Positions 26,401 to 38,941 of a DNA stretch of 64,000 bases are shown here, piece after piece. Position numbers and translations under genes: made by a program. How positions within the stretch are numbered: the first letter of the stretch is position 1; every line of letters starts with the position of its first letter. The notes under the pieces were generated by a model. That model ran no database searches, was not told the origin of the DNA, and saw only the letters and a list, made by a program, of their open reading frames with translations. Source of the DNA: Adineta vaga (Eukaryota; Animalia; Rotifera); NCBI GenBank assembly GCA_021613535.1, contig CP075497.1, forward strand, positions 2,914,001 to 2,978,000, written 5' to 3'.

Positions 26401-29400
26401 AGTTTGTTTGCTGCTTTCTATCATGATTGTTCTGAGAGTAAATAAGAGGTGACCAGTGATTTACTCAAATCATTCTATACATACATAACACATAGAAATC
26501 TTAAAAGAAAACACATTTTCTTCTTTTTGTTGCTTCTCCAACTTTTTGTGCGTCGAATAATTCTTTATATTGAAATCAACTTGAAAGAAATTTATCGTGA
26601 TTGATAACCTTTAACCGTCGTCGATGGACAGTAGTCGAGACGGTAGTGGTCGGTCGATATATAAATTTTTTTTTCAATTCATACAAAGAAAGAAAGAAAG
26701 AGATGAAAGTACAATTTACGTTGTTGACAACGAACTCATTCTCATAAACATTCTTTTGTTCCTCTGACCCTGCAGGGGAGTCCTACCATCCATCATTCTC
26801 TCGTTCAATTCAGCTCAATGAACGCCATTACTCGTTCTTTCAGTCACCAACATCATCATTGTCCATCTTATGGATCTCTCCTTTTCCCTCTCTCTCTCTC
26901 TCGTACTCTCCATTTCTCCTATTTTTTCTTTCTATTGTCGTTGCCGTCGTCTCCCCGGCTCGTTTGACTCTTCGATTCTGAAATTTCATAGGACGATGTG
27001 CTGTCGATAGTAAGTATATAGGCAAGAGAGCAATAAGAAGTGCATATATATGGGTATGGGTATGTGTGCAAACGAGAGAGAATTTCAAACTTTTTCTCTT
27101 ATTCGCTCGTAAACGGGAGAGAGAGAAAGAAAAAAGAAGAAGAAGAAGGAGAAGAAGAAAAAATGAGAGAAAGAGAAGATAGATTTCGTTCTTCTCCATC
27201 TATCCCGCTCACTTGTTCGCACGAATGTACAAATATACCGAAGCGCACAGTGCACATGCGATATATACATAGATTCATTCGTCACAATAATTGATTTGTA
27301 CTATATATACGCACACTATCGATACCATGGCCACCTACATTCTTTTGGATCCTAACGAAATTGTTCATCAACAACAAGCAATGGCAGCAGTTGCAGCAGC
27401 TGCTGCTAATAACAACGCAAATAATAATAATAACAATAATAATAATTTTATCACGAATCCTATTTCGAATTCATCTATTCCAAACAAAAATTCGTCATCA
27501 AATGATGTAAGTTCATCTGGACACTGTCTTCATTTATTTTTTACTCTTCTTCTTCTTCATCATCATCATCATTTCCTACTATTTGCTGACCGATTCAAAT
27601 GACTTTTATCTTTACCGTTTTGTGTATACATACACTCATCATATGTCTATTTAGCTAACCTTCGCATAGTGACATATACATAGCGATTGAACTCTCTACA
27701 CTTCTTTATTTTGCTTTAATCCAAGCCTATCATCAACCTTTTTTCGTTTTAGCTGTATTAAAAGTATTGTGAGTCATAAGATGAACAAGCATGTCCTAGG
27801 AAGATTTTGCATCAGTAAGGTCAACGTAGAGAACAGAAAAGTGGGGAAATGAGAGAAGAAAAATTTTTCAATCATATAATCAATGTTCTTGATGATTGAA
27901 CAGTTATAGTACTAATAGTAGTGGTTAGAAGAGAAATCTCAATTCAGTTATTGTCATTTCTCCTCTCTAATTAAACATAAAATGATAATGCCCTGAAGCA
28001 TTTATAGTAATATGTATTTTCTCTTGATTTTATTCATTCGTATAACTGCTGGTGCTATGTCATCGTATTGCAATTGCCTAGTTTTCTTTTGCTTCTCTCT
28101 TCTTTTACATATGTTATTCACAATCGTCATTGTTAGTAATATTAACAAGGTTCATTAAATCGACAGTGCAACAGATTGATTGTCGACAAAACGGATGGCA
28201 AAATGAGTCGTCATCGTATCTCTTAAGATACCTTAGATTTGTATGTTTAAAAGATAGAAATATATACCTCAATGTTAAGTAACATATGGAGAAAAGAAGA
28301 TGATGTTGATGATGAAGAGAGAAACACCTACATGTGAGATCCGTAAATCCTCAAGTAAATAGTGCATAGATGTATATACGTGTGTGTGTGTAGGAACACT
28401 CATCTATTCTTTTCTTTTCATTCAATATTACGTCTTTTCTTCTTAAGATGGTGACACGAACAAAGAAAATCTTTGTCGGTGGACTTTCAGCCAATACAAC
28501 TGTTGAAGATGTAAAAAAATATTTTGAACAATATGGAAAAGTAAATAAACTTACTAGAGAAAGGGAGACGGTTGTTAATTAGACGAACGTTTTCTTTTTC
28601 GTCTTCAGGTGGAAGATGCAATGTTAATGATCGATAAACAAACCGCACGTCATCGAGGTATGATTTCTTCTTGATCACATTTATGATTTCTTCTTACTCT
28701 TTCACTTTTAATTAGGTTTCGGTTTTGTTACTTGGGAATCTGAAGATGTTGTTGATAAAGTATGTGCCATTCATTTTCATGAAATCAATAACAAAATGGT
28801 AAATATTTTCTTAAATCAAATGTAAAATCAATATTCATTGACGATGATTTCTTTCTTTTTTCCAAGGTGGAATGTAAAAAAGCTCAACCCAAAGAAGTTA
28901 TGTATGCTCAACAGATGGCTAAGGGCAAAGCAGCTTTACAACGCGGTGCCTATGGTGATATACTCAGTAAGTGAAACAAAATCTCTCTTTTTTTCCTGTC
29001 ACTTCATATATATCATATTGTTTTTCTTATTCTTTTCAAGGTGCTTATGTATATGGTCTTAATCGAAGTATTCCAACGACATACGCTGGACCAATCTATC
29101 CATTTTCACCGGGTATGTCAAATGATTTTGAAAAAAGAAACGTGTCTTTTTCTAAATTCTTCCTTTCTATAAACAAATCTTTTCAGCTTTATCAACGAGT
29201 TAATAATAAAAGAAATCATATATAAATATATATTTAAATGAATAAATGAATAAAAATTTTCCGTATGTGTTATCTTCTATTTCGTAGATTTTGAGTATTA
29301 TAGAAAGATAGGCTAGAATATATTATACATATATACATATAAAATAATAATTGTAGTTCGTAATATGTTAGGTACACGTATTCTGCTCGTTGTTCTAAAT

Positions 29401-30352
29401 ATTCTCTTGTAGAGAAGATTAGTTTTTATATGTGTGGTTTTTTTTGTGTATGCACTTTATTTTTGTAGAAGGAATATCTTATTATGATGAATGGTGAGAG
29501 TGTGCTAAATATGTAAAACAAAACACATCTCTTTGAAATAGTTTTTTTGTTTTTAATAATTACTGTTATATTTTATTCTTATTTCATTGATTATTTCATT
29601 AGTCGATCAGCCATCGATTTCGTCTTATTATTCTCAACAACACGGGCCACATATTCAGCAGCGTCTTACATATTTCGGTTCGCGAGTTTCTAGCAAAAAA
29701 AAAGAACAAACAGCATGTCTACTGCTTAGTTTTGGCCCGTGTGTAAAACATTCGTCTCTCCCAATTTCCCTTCAAAACCATTATTGATTTAGAAGTTCTA
29801 ACGATAGTCGTCAGCTTCTATTTTCCTATTCCCACCAATTTTTTAGTAATTGCATGAGAATACAACAAAACTTGATTTATTTTTCGCGATGTTTTCAATA
29901 ATTAAACTAAGAACGACATTGATTTTATTTCTTAATTAGGTTTACAATCAGCACAAATCAGTTATATTCCCGCTGCTGTTGGATTACAAACACCAACACT
30001 AACACCGGCTGGTGAGCAACGTTATTTCGAATATCCATTAACACCGCAACCAATGCAAGGTGGTGCCGGTCAACTTCATCGAGATTCAATATTACAACGA
30101 AGTAAGCTTTTTATTTATTTATTAAATTGATAAAACAAGAAACAATATGTTTAGGTGGGAATGGATTAGATTTCTTTCAAGCAGATCAACTTACTGCACA
30201 ATATTTACAACCCGCAAGTCCATCACCTGGATTACCTATAGCTGTAAGAAAAACAAAACAAGCAAAATGAAACTTTCGAATCTAAATCTTTTACTTACTT
30301 TTAGACATCACTATTGGCATCACCATATGGCAATGGTTATCATGGTCATTAA
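20500..30352 (+). CDS. MSI: Musashi-family RNA-binding protein, two RRMs, many exons and long introns
   Basis: [12 protein letters not shown]...[11 protein letters not shown]...IDPK.AYPR; [23 protein letters not shown]...RHRGFGFVT...[20 protein letters not shown]; C-terminal NGYH typical of Musashi. Confidence 0.97.
22721..23224 (-). CDS. Small two-TM membrane protein nested antisense in Musashi intron 22705-25079
   Basis: 167-aa ATG ORF with two clear TM helices and a Ser/Lys-rich tail. Confidence 0.7.
   Translation of the reverse strand: MSKQTSSHWQDNSAFHYNTSIRNEYIGFACMFSLFTFLALFVTIFLSILAYNSYYHDSEVIQRRFIPYFVLGLISLLLFLIFSIGSLGYTCKLFKKSYLKQSSSSSSSISPLPTPHKTDNSLLKVKRKSSELFPFTTDESYYTSTKVVAESKSRNTSISYQACQTDV
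24029..24424 (-). CDS. Small two-TM membrane protein nested antisense in the same Musashi intron
   Basis: 131-aa ATG ORF with two TM helices and a basic then Pro/Thr-rich tail. Confidence 0.7.
   Translation of the reverse strand: MVKEEKLTLRTRHINCFYCISVSFFILAVVLFSLSSEQSQALGNQQSRTPVIVSASIILVLSIVIFIWITYYAVQYFRAKKQRNLKYLKQPNNRPPPTVRTTTPVIVFNNAAFTTDEPIPIDGQNRPTTSA
25919..26002 (+). CDS. Candidate alternative first exon of Musashi (MNNSNTNGS...LLSKAK)
   Basis: ATG-started 28 codons ending at phase-0 donor AAG|gtatgc, compatible with the RRM2 exon at 28448. Confidence 0.5.
27327..27506 (+). CDS. Candidate alternative first exon of Musashi ([30 protein letters not shown]...)
   Basis: accATGg start, 60 codons with polyAla/polyAsn, phase-0 donor GAT|gtaagt, compatible with the RRM2 exon at 28448. 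Confidence 0.6.
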
Positions 30353-32553
30353 AATGTTCTTTCTTTCGTTCATTTTTCTTTTCAATCGGTAATAAATAAA
30401 CTAAAACTAATGTTTGGCTTTTTTTCGATGTTTAAATCTCGATTATTTAATCATCATCAAGTCGACTGTACATTGTTTTCCTTTTCTTTGTTTTGTTTTT
30501 TGTTCATTTACGTATACCTGCTATTCTCTCTCTCTAATCCCACCGTTTTCGTGATCATCAATTTTTCATCTTCTCTTTTCTCACTCTCGTTCTCTTTCTG
30601 TGTATTATCATCTGATTACAGTGCAAAGCCCTGTTTAAATTCATATCTTGAAAACAAAACCTAGATGAATATTTTATTCAACAAAAAAAAATACAAATTG
30701 CAGTTTTCATTTACTATTACTACCATCGAATTTGTTCACCGTCATATTTCTCTCTCTCTCTCTCTGTCTCTCTCTGTGTGTTAAAAATCTTCTTTTTTTC
30801 GACATTCCTTTGTATGTCATTTGTCTTCCTTTGTTTATGGCACATTGCTTTTTTGAAAAACTATACTATCACATATTATTTTTTATTTGTTTGTTGCCTT
30901 TTGTTTAACTCATTCTTTCTTTCTTCTTCTTTTTTTTGTTCATTGGTTCTTTTCGGGTTTTCATTTACAAACATCTTCGTCGGCGGCATGCACGTTCCTT
31001 GTTGTTTGTTTCGGACCTTGATTTTTTGTATGTGCCTGACCGTGCTATCTTTGAGCACGAGCAGTTGTTTGTTTGATTTTCTTTTCTATATTTCTTTTTC
31101 TTTGTGTGTTCCTTTTTTTCCAAGATAAATAAGAAAGAAGAAAATAAATTAGAACGATCGATCCAATGTTTATCCGTGTTGGTTTTATTTTCTCTTCTCT
31201 ACCAATGTTTTAATTGCGTATGATTAAAAAAAACCCATAGATTAGCAAAGGTAGATTTCAAATGTCATACGATCAGATAGAAAAAGAAAGAAAACGAAGA
31301 AAAAGTTCATTGTTATTAATACTACTAGATCAGACAAGTATTTCTCCTTTCTATGTGTATGTTTTGTGTCTTCTATCTTGCACTCATCATGGTAGTTCTT
31401 TATTTTATTTTCTCAACCGGTTTGTCGCACTATTTTCTCTTCATTTTTCCGTCGTTTTTTTTGTTGTTGTTCAAATTGAATTATCTGCAAATAGTGTGTG
31501 ATTGCTTCTATTTCTTGTCGTTGTCATTTTCTTTCTCTCTCTCCTTTTTTGCGCATTCAAGAATAAACCAGATCTCTGCTCGATCAAGCAGAAATCTATT
31601 CACACCATTATAACTAACTGAATTGTCACTTTCAATTATTAATAATTTCATTGATCGAGAGAATTTTCTTCCTTTGTACGAAGAATGATTTGATAAAGAT
31701 AATAACCAGCTGCTTTTACGAACGAAATATTCACAAGTCAAAACATCGACGATGAAGTGGGTCAATGTGATAACAGATATACAAAATGATAGGGAACTTC
31801 TAGTGATAATTTTCATGAAATGTTTATGTATATATATATATATCTGTTCTCTAGACATCAAAGTTTAATATTGGTAAATAGAAAATGACAGATAGCGTGA
31901 AGTATGTGCATAGATACATAGAAATTTATTCTAATCTTCATCGAACGTGAATATCATTTGAATATAAATAAGAGATTCAATGAAATTTCTATGAAAACAA
32001 CTAAATTTATTGAGGTAGATTATAAGTGGGCGATTTGTAATAAAATAATCTTGTTCAATGATGTCTTATCATGATCAATTATCAACTAAATTTTTATGAC
32101 GTATCAATGTTTATTGACAAGTGAAGTCAATTACATTGTTGATATCAGAAAAATTTCATAGATCGATCGTTTTGTTTTATTTGTTAAAGATGCTGATTAG
32201 CAGCTTCTTATGTACGAAAAATACACTATCAGTTAGCAGTTTGTTTACATATTCTCTCAGATTTTTTGGCATTTATTTCTATTGTATCAAACAATCTACC
32301 AGATTAACGCATATAACCAATATCCCAAACTAATTAATTCACTAAAACTAAGGTTCTAAACAAATATTTGAATCATCATTCAATTTCCTTTAAATAAACA
32401 ACTATGAACAACATAAACATCGACTATCAACCACCATGAAATGTAACGCATAAAATCCATGACCATTTTTAATTTCAGATTAAAATCATAAAAACGAATG
32501 AAAACCCACGAATCAACAACAAATGTGAGACGTGAAAGTAGTTATGGCAGCTA

Positions 32554-32766
32554 ACTCACATACGCACCCTTATCTGATGCTAGCTGACTTGTTGAAGCGA
32601 ATTTTAAAGACTATGGTTCATAAAGATAGATTTCAACCAAAACTCTATTTCGTATATTCTTTAAATCAAATGGTCTTGAGTGTTAAATAAAGGCAAGACT
32701 CTAAATCATCACAGGGTGTGGGTGAGAGTGTGGATGTGGATAAGAGTAGTGTATCATCCTCACCCT
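32554..32766. repeat. Degenerate TGTGGG-rich inverted-repeat element (MITE-like relic)
   Basis: actcacatacgcaccct (32554-32570) is imperfectly complementary to agggtgtgggtgagagt (32713-32729); similar motif at 57557. Confidence 0.4.
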
Positions 32767-32809
32767 CGACGTTCTGAAGAAAAGTCGATTACACAACTGA
32801 TAACTTTAT

Positions 32810-33600
32810 TCATTGTTTTGAACGTTTTTCAATCATTTCATTGTAAAAAATACTAAGTTTAGACTTTAGATTTTCAGCTACTTGAATATAATGATGATTT
32901 AATGGAAATGTTTTGTGAGCGATATTTGTTGCTATCTCGGAATGTCTAAAACCTGCTTCAAGATCTCCCATTTTCATTAACAAACCAGAAACTGTATATA
33001 AACCATCTGTTTGAGCAATTTCATCTTTGATATTCTTCGCTAATAGATTTAATTCTTCATCATTCACTATTAAATAAATCAACCAAATTCCTTCCAAATC
33101 TAATCTTTCAACAGATTCAATACGAAAAACAGTCGCGATTGTAAAAAGTATTTCATCATCTTCTTCCATAAAACTCAAACATTTTATATTCGCAAATGAG
33201 CGACGACATTTATCAACATCGATCTTTATTTCAAACAAAATAAATTCAATATTCGAATCACTTGACGATGAATCTCCAGTAAACATTAATGCAACATCAC
33301 GATTTGTACTTGTTGACAAAAAAACTATTGATCGATAAAAATCCACTAATATTATCTTTGATTTTATCCTTAAATTCATTTTTATTCATAAACAAGTGAA
33401 GGTAATATTGAGAGATTGAGTTGATTTTTATGTAAATTTTCTAATCGATGATGAAGATCAGTAATGAAGAATCCAAATTTATATAAGATATTAATCTCTT
33501 GTGTTCGTAATGCATGATTCAATATTCGATAAAGAAATGAATCACGTGTGTACCAACGAGTAGCATTTTCTTTTGAATAAGTTCGATGAAATTCTGCTTC
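32810..33600 (-). pseudogene. ADP-ribosyltransferase-domain / TPR-like gene relic
   Basis: WYTRDSFLYRILNHALR...FFITDLH, FLSTS and EDDEILF...FRIESV motifs; the expected VYRG segment is broken by a stop and frameshifts at about 33320-33390; the TPR tail is truncated. Confidence 0.85.
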
Positions 33601-34208
33601 TTGTTGGTTTGAACGAGATGTTGATGATGGTGATAACGAATTGAATCAGAATCCAAATGTTTCGGATGTTAACAGTTTTCTTCTTTTAACATTCGAAGTT
33701 TGATCTCGTATTCTGTGACTAAGCGTTCTGCTTTCTATGTAAACGGAAGAACATGGTGCAGAGTTTCGCAGACACTTAACTGTATGACAATCAACACATC
33801 TATATGTGGGTAGATGGGTGTTAACGTCAGTAAAGAGAGAATCAAACTTACACTCATTTGTCATACACAGATCAAAATTTAGTGTGTGATTTAAATTATA
33901 GATGTAGATTAATTATCTCTTTATCTGGATAGGGAAGACTCCACAAATGTACAATATCGTTGCTCAACAGGAGAGTATGCAACTTGTAAGGATTCACGCT
34001 TCGAGAATATGAATAAGGAAAATAAATTATCTTTTAAACTCTTTAGTTGATGCAAATACCAGTGGTCATTGAACAGAGTTCAGATTTGCTCTACTTCGAT
34101 AATGCCACTAACTCAAACATTTATAAAAATAATTCAGTGATTACTAATACAACGACAACTACGTAGTTTTTAAAAAAATCAAAATTTTGTGTCATTTCTA
34201 CAAGTAAA

Positions 34209-35183
34209 TCATTGATTAAGTGTCGCATTACTTGCTATTGTTGGATGAATACGAAATTGATTCGGTGCAATTTTGTTAAGACAAGATTTCAAACGTTTCA
34301 ATAAAACTTGTCGAAAGAATTTACTCATTAAGATATTCAAATAGAAACTTTTGAAGAAATTCATATAGAAGAAATAATTTGACATTTGATAAAAGAAATT
34401 TTCCCATGCTTTTCGTAGATCACTTTTATCTAAATCAGTTGATAGAACATAATATGCATAATAAATCGATCGAATATTCAATAAAATTGTACTTCCAATC
34501 ACTTGAATAAGTGTCATTTTTATTAATTGTATATCAGTTCGAGTTTTCTTCTTCTCATTCGCATTATCTTGTATCAAACGTTGACGACTTATTCGAATAT
34601 TTCGATAGGTCATTAAACCAAATATTAATAATAAACTTTGAGGTATTAAACTTGTCCAAACAATACTATAAATCGAAAGAAATAATGAATAAACTCCAAC
34701 TTGTGCAACACATTTTGGTCGAAGATCGAAATAATAAAATTGATGAGAATTTGTTAAACAATAGATAATTATTGGAACTATAGTTAAACGATAAGCAATT
34801 TTGATTTGACTAAATAAACGATAGCGTGTTTTTTCCGATGTAGATAAACATCGATCAAGTGATGAGAGAACTAAATAACCTGTTGATATACATGGAAATG
34901 TCCATGTTAAATAAATACGAATTTTACAATAAACTCTCGACGTATTTTGATAATTACTACCGAAATGATCACTGGATAATCTTGTGATAACAGAGAAATT
35001 TATCAGAAATATATCCGATATTGATGACATGAGAAAATACCATCCGCAAGAATTTCGTCGTAATTCTTTCGATGTAAATATCAATAAATTCAATATACAA
35101 CCAATATTTCCAATAAATAAAATAATTAATGGTATATATAATGTTAAACTAATGGTTAGTTTATTTACTTCTTCAATATTCAT
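34209..35183 (-). CDS. Intronless rhodopsin-like 7TM receptor
   Basis: 324 aa, GNIGCILN, LRRNSCGWYF, CKIRIY, SLDRC, seven TMs. Confidence 0.93.
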   Translation of the reverse strand: MNIEEVNKLTISLTLYIPLIILFIGNIGCILNLLIFTSKELRRNSCGWYFLMSSISDIFLINFSVITRLSSDHFGSNYQNTSRVYCKIRIYLTWTFPCISTGYLVLSSLDRCLSTSEKTRYRLFSQIKIAYRLTIVPIIIYCLTNSHQFYYFDLRPKCVAQVGVYSLFLSIYSIVWTSLIPQSLLLIFGLMTYRNIRISRQRLIQDNANEKKKTRTDIQLIKMTLIQVIGSTILLNIRSIYYAYYVLSTDLDKSDLRKAWENFFYQMSNYFFYMNFFKSFYLNILMSKFFRQVLLKRLKSCLNKIAPNQFRIHPTIASNATLNQ

Positions 35184-35661
35184 GGTGAAGTATGAGAAAA
35201 TTGATGGAAGATTTGTCGGATTATTTATAAGAAGAAATCATGAGTATTAATACCGTAGAAATATTAATGAGAAAGAGAAGATTTATCATTAATTTCGCTC
35301 TAAAGACTAACAAATGTTCTAATGACTATTTTTTGTTTTCTGATGTCGAATTACTTAAATAAACAAATATGATATATCTTGAAGAACTATGATGTATACA
35401 TAGAAGATTGGTTTTGGATGAGAAACAGAAAAATAGATTCATTTGTTTAGTTATATGGTTTTGTTCTTGAGAAGGTCTTCTTAAAAATTCTTTGAAAATC
35501 ATGCTTATTTTCCTCGGATGTCTGAAATGTTTTCTCATTTCATCTGGAAAATATATTGAAGTTTATTCGTATTTATTCTAAGTTTCAATTCGTGAAAAAA
35601 AAGAAATAGGAACAGGAAATTGTATAGCGTGATTAAAATATGTTCGAAGAAAGTACAAATG

Positions 35662-36090
35662 TTAATGAGGAGTTGAAGGTGTTGGACTTGGATTGTTTTC
35701 TGTTTGAGCTTCAATGTGTTGAATCTTTCCTGATGGTGAAAACTTATAAGTTGTATTATATGTTTTATTATTGTAAGATATACGAGCTTGAACAGGATGA
35801 TCTCCAGAATGATCAGGAAAATGAACGATCTTCCATTGACTTGATTTATTAGCTGTATGTTCTTTTGTATAATATTCTTGAGCTTCTTTCAAATCTTTAT
35901 AAACAGTTTGAGAATCAATTGTTTTTACCACATTTGTATCAAGATATTTCTCAAGATTATTTGTTTGATTGCTATTGACAGCTTCGGTTAATTGTTCAAT
36001 TGTATTCTTATGAGAATGACCTTTGGTATGTGTGGTACCTGCAGCATGTGCTGGACTTGAATGATGTGTTGTACTAGTTGGATGAGACAT
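35662..36090 (-). CDS. Intronless NTF2/SnoaL-like small protein with His-rich N-terminus
   Basis: IEQLTEAVNS...LEKYLDTNVV and YKFSPSGKIQHIE match the SnoaL-fold pattern; TATA-like sequence at about 36147-36154. Confidence 0.65.
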   Translation of the reverse strand: MSHPTSTTHHSSPAHAAGTTHTKGHSHKNTIEQLTEAVNSNQTNNLEKYLDTNVVKTIDSQTVYKDLKEAQEYYTKEHTANKSSQWKIVHFPDHSGDHPVQARISYNNKTYNTTYKFSPSGKIQHIEAQTENNPSPTPSTPH

Positions 36091-36543
36091 CGTTTTGTTT
36101 TGTTGCTTTTGAGAAAATGAAATGAAGTAGAAAATTTTTTTTCAAGTATATATAGAGTCGAATAAATTGTTTTTGTTTATATAAAATACAAGGTAAAATA
36201 ACAATTGTTTTGATCATTAACAAAATTACTTTGTTATCATATTAAATTTCATCTCGCGTTTACTAGTTGAGTTTTTTAATGATGTGAATTGTAACAGAAA
36301 TAATGCTATTCTTAAACTCGTTTTTAAATGTTCTATGAAAATATTTCAACGATATTGTCTATGAATGGAAATCTATTGATTTTCACATGAATATTTTCAT
36401 TACATAAATCATCATTCATTTTATTTTTAAAAAATTACCATTTAGAAAAAACAATTACTGATTAAAAACACATAAAAAAATATGATTGATTACTTGATTG
36501 TCGAAAGAAAAGACATAAATTTCATGTCATTGATAATGAAAGA

Positions 36544-38335
36544 CTAAAGTGCTTGTAATGATCGATCAAATCCAATCAATGGTGGATCATGATCCGTTTT
36601 TCGTAGTTGTACACATAGAAATACGACGGAAATAACAATGATAAGACAAACAATGACTACAACAAGAACAGTTATCAATGTTGAATTATTACCAGGAGCT
36701 AAAAAATAAGAAACACAATGTTATGAAACGTTTTTGAAACAATTTCTTTTACGTGTAGGTGGCATTGGTGGTTTCTTTCGTGTACATTCAACATCGGGTG
36801 TACTTGGAAAACGAACTTTATAAATATCTGTAAATTTATCAAATGGACAATTTGCTGATGGACAACCATCTAATATATATGGAAAAGATGTATTGGAATC
36901 TGTTACATTTAAATATTCCACTTTAACAAAATAAGATGTATCTATTTGATTTAAAAGTAAGAAAATCTTTCAGATAATTGTTGAAAATCAATGAGCTTAC
37001 CTTGCTGATAAAGATCAACAAACAGTGCTGATGCATACTAAAACAATCAGATATAAAGAATATTTATATATATATATATAAGATCTAGGTTCTATGTACT
37101 TGTGGTTGATGAGGATAATTAATACCGAGAAAAGAAAGAACAGCACTCACAGTTGTATCATGCTATAAAGATCAACAATACAAAAAAGAACCTACTCTAT
37201 ATGTAACTTACTGCTGAATACATTTTCACTTTTCGAAACGAACTACCATGTACTGAATTATTCATATTTAACCAAATATCTTGTATCAATGGACCTAAAT
37301 AAAATTTATAGTTATTTTTCTATTCGAAATAGATTTTACCTCCTCGAATTCGTCGACTATCATTATTAGCAAAAAGATAATGAAATGCAAGATCATTCAC
37401 GTCCGATAGATTTTTTCGAACAGCATCATTAGCCCATGCTGGAGCTTTGTTATAAATATGCTATTTGCAAAAATATATCTCAATATGAAAATTCATTCTT
37501 TATATGAATGTTTACTTCAACAAAAATTGTATCAGCGACATCCCATGCATTGTATACTGTTATATTTGTCAAACCTGTCCATTGTTGAAGTTGTTCAAAA
37601 AATGGCTGAAGAAAATGAAACATTTCAAGTGATATTCTTAGAAGGTTGGTACGATTTTACTTGATAGTATTGATTTAATTTTTTTACATCATCACTTTCA
37701 TCAATTTCTTCTTCAATTTGATCATATCTTGGACAATCATTTTGTCCAAGTAACTAAATAAATAGATATTGATTTCGTTTTCATTAATTCTTATTAATTG
37801 AACATACAAAATCTAAATTAATTGTTACAGTATGAATTGGAATTGGCTGTATCGGAACTTTATCAACTGTAATATTAGCTATTGGAAAAAGTCCGACTAA
37901 ATTCGATTGAGCTGACATTAATGTTCGATCGACATCAGTTGAACGAACAACAATTTCACTTGCAGTATATGTGGTATTAAGTAATGATCCATAACGAGTA
38001 CGAAGATAAGCACCAAGACGATGTTGTTGTTCAATACCGGCTATTGTTAATTGTCCATAACTAAGAAAAAGATTAGAAGGAAAAAATTGTCAAAGAAATT
38101 GAATACCCGTTCGGCCAATCACTTGATTTTACTGGATCTAGTGGGAATGTTGTTACAGGCGTTCGATCTCCATGTCTATATAACTAAAAATATGTGAAAC
38201 CAATGAATAATCTTCTGATTTAATGTTTATTGCACATACAATATGACCAGATATGAGTTGCATTTGTTGACCATTGATTTGTCTTGAAGAAATGCAAAGA
38301 ATACAAATCAAAACAAATAGAGTCGAACTTCCCAT
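36544..38335 (-). CDS. Histidine acid phosphatase (lysosomal/prostatic type) with C-terminal TM, multi-exon
   Basis: Signal peptide, RHGDRTP, GQLT, RSTDVDRTLMSA, YSAHD and a C-terminal hydrophobic anchor. Confidence 0.93.
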
Positions 38336-38941
38336 TATTAATCAAAAGATTTTTGACAAAAAAATCTGAAGTACATAAATAAACTGAATTGATTAATAAC
38401 TTTCAAAATAGTTAAGAAATCTATTGATTAAATTCTCATCTTCGAAACGATAATGGAAGTCATATTTAACTCATGCATTTTCAATTACTATCGGAAACAA
38501 CTTTGTCATTTTTCATTCTCTACCAATGACAGACGGAAATACGTGAAACTTGATAAATATATTTTTATTGATATTCAAACAACAATATACTCTCTGAAGA
38601 CAAGAAAAAACAAAGAATACCTTTTCACAATATTCTCTGTACACTCAAAGACAAATACTTAACTATATGACAAACCGTACTGTATCAGTTTTCAAAAACT
38701 GATGATACAATCGATTCAATAACAAGACAATATACATCTAAAACGAAGACAAATAATGCATTAGGATCTACACAATATCGAATTATTCTTTTGTAACAAA
38801 TGACAGAACATATAGGTAAATTTCAGAAACTGAAAATACAAGAAAAAAAAGTAAACTCTTCTACAAATATTACCATATAAACACAAAAAAAGAAACTCAT
38901 CGTATGACTAGATTCTACAGAAGAAGAAAAAAAGACACTGA

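Noticed and set aside
30410-31861. Phe/Leu-rich ORFs downstream of Musashi
   Set aside because: T-rich low-complexity sequence, probably 3' UTR, with no protein-like pattern.
34511-35250. Plus-strand ORFs overlapping the GPCR
   Set aside because: Antisense shadows of a well-supported gene; the same applies to most short overlapping ORFs in the track.
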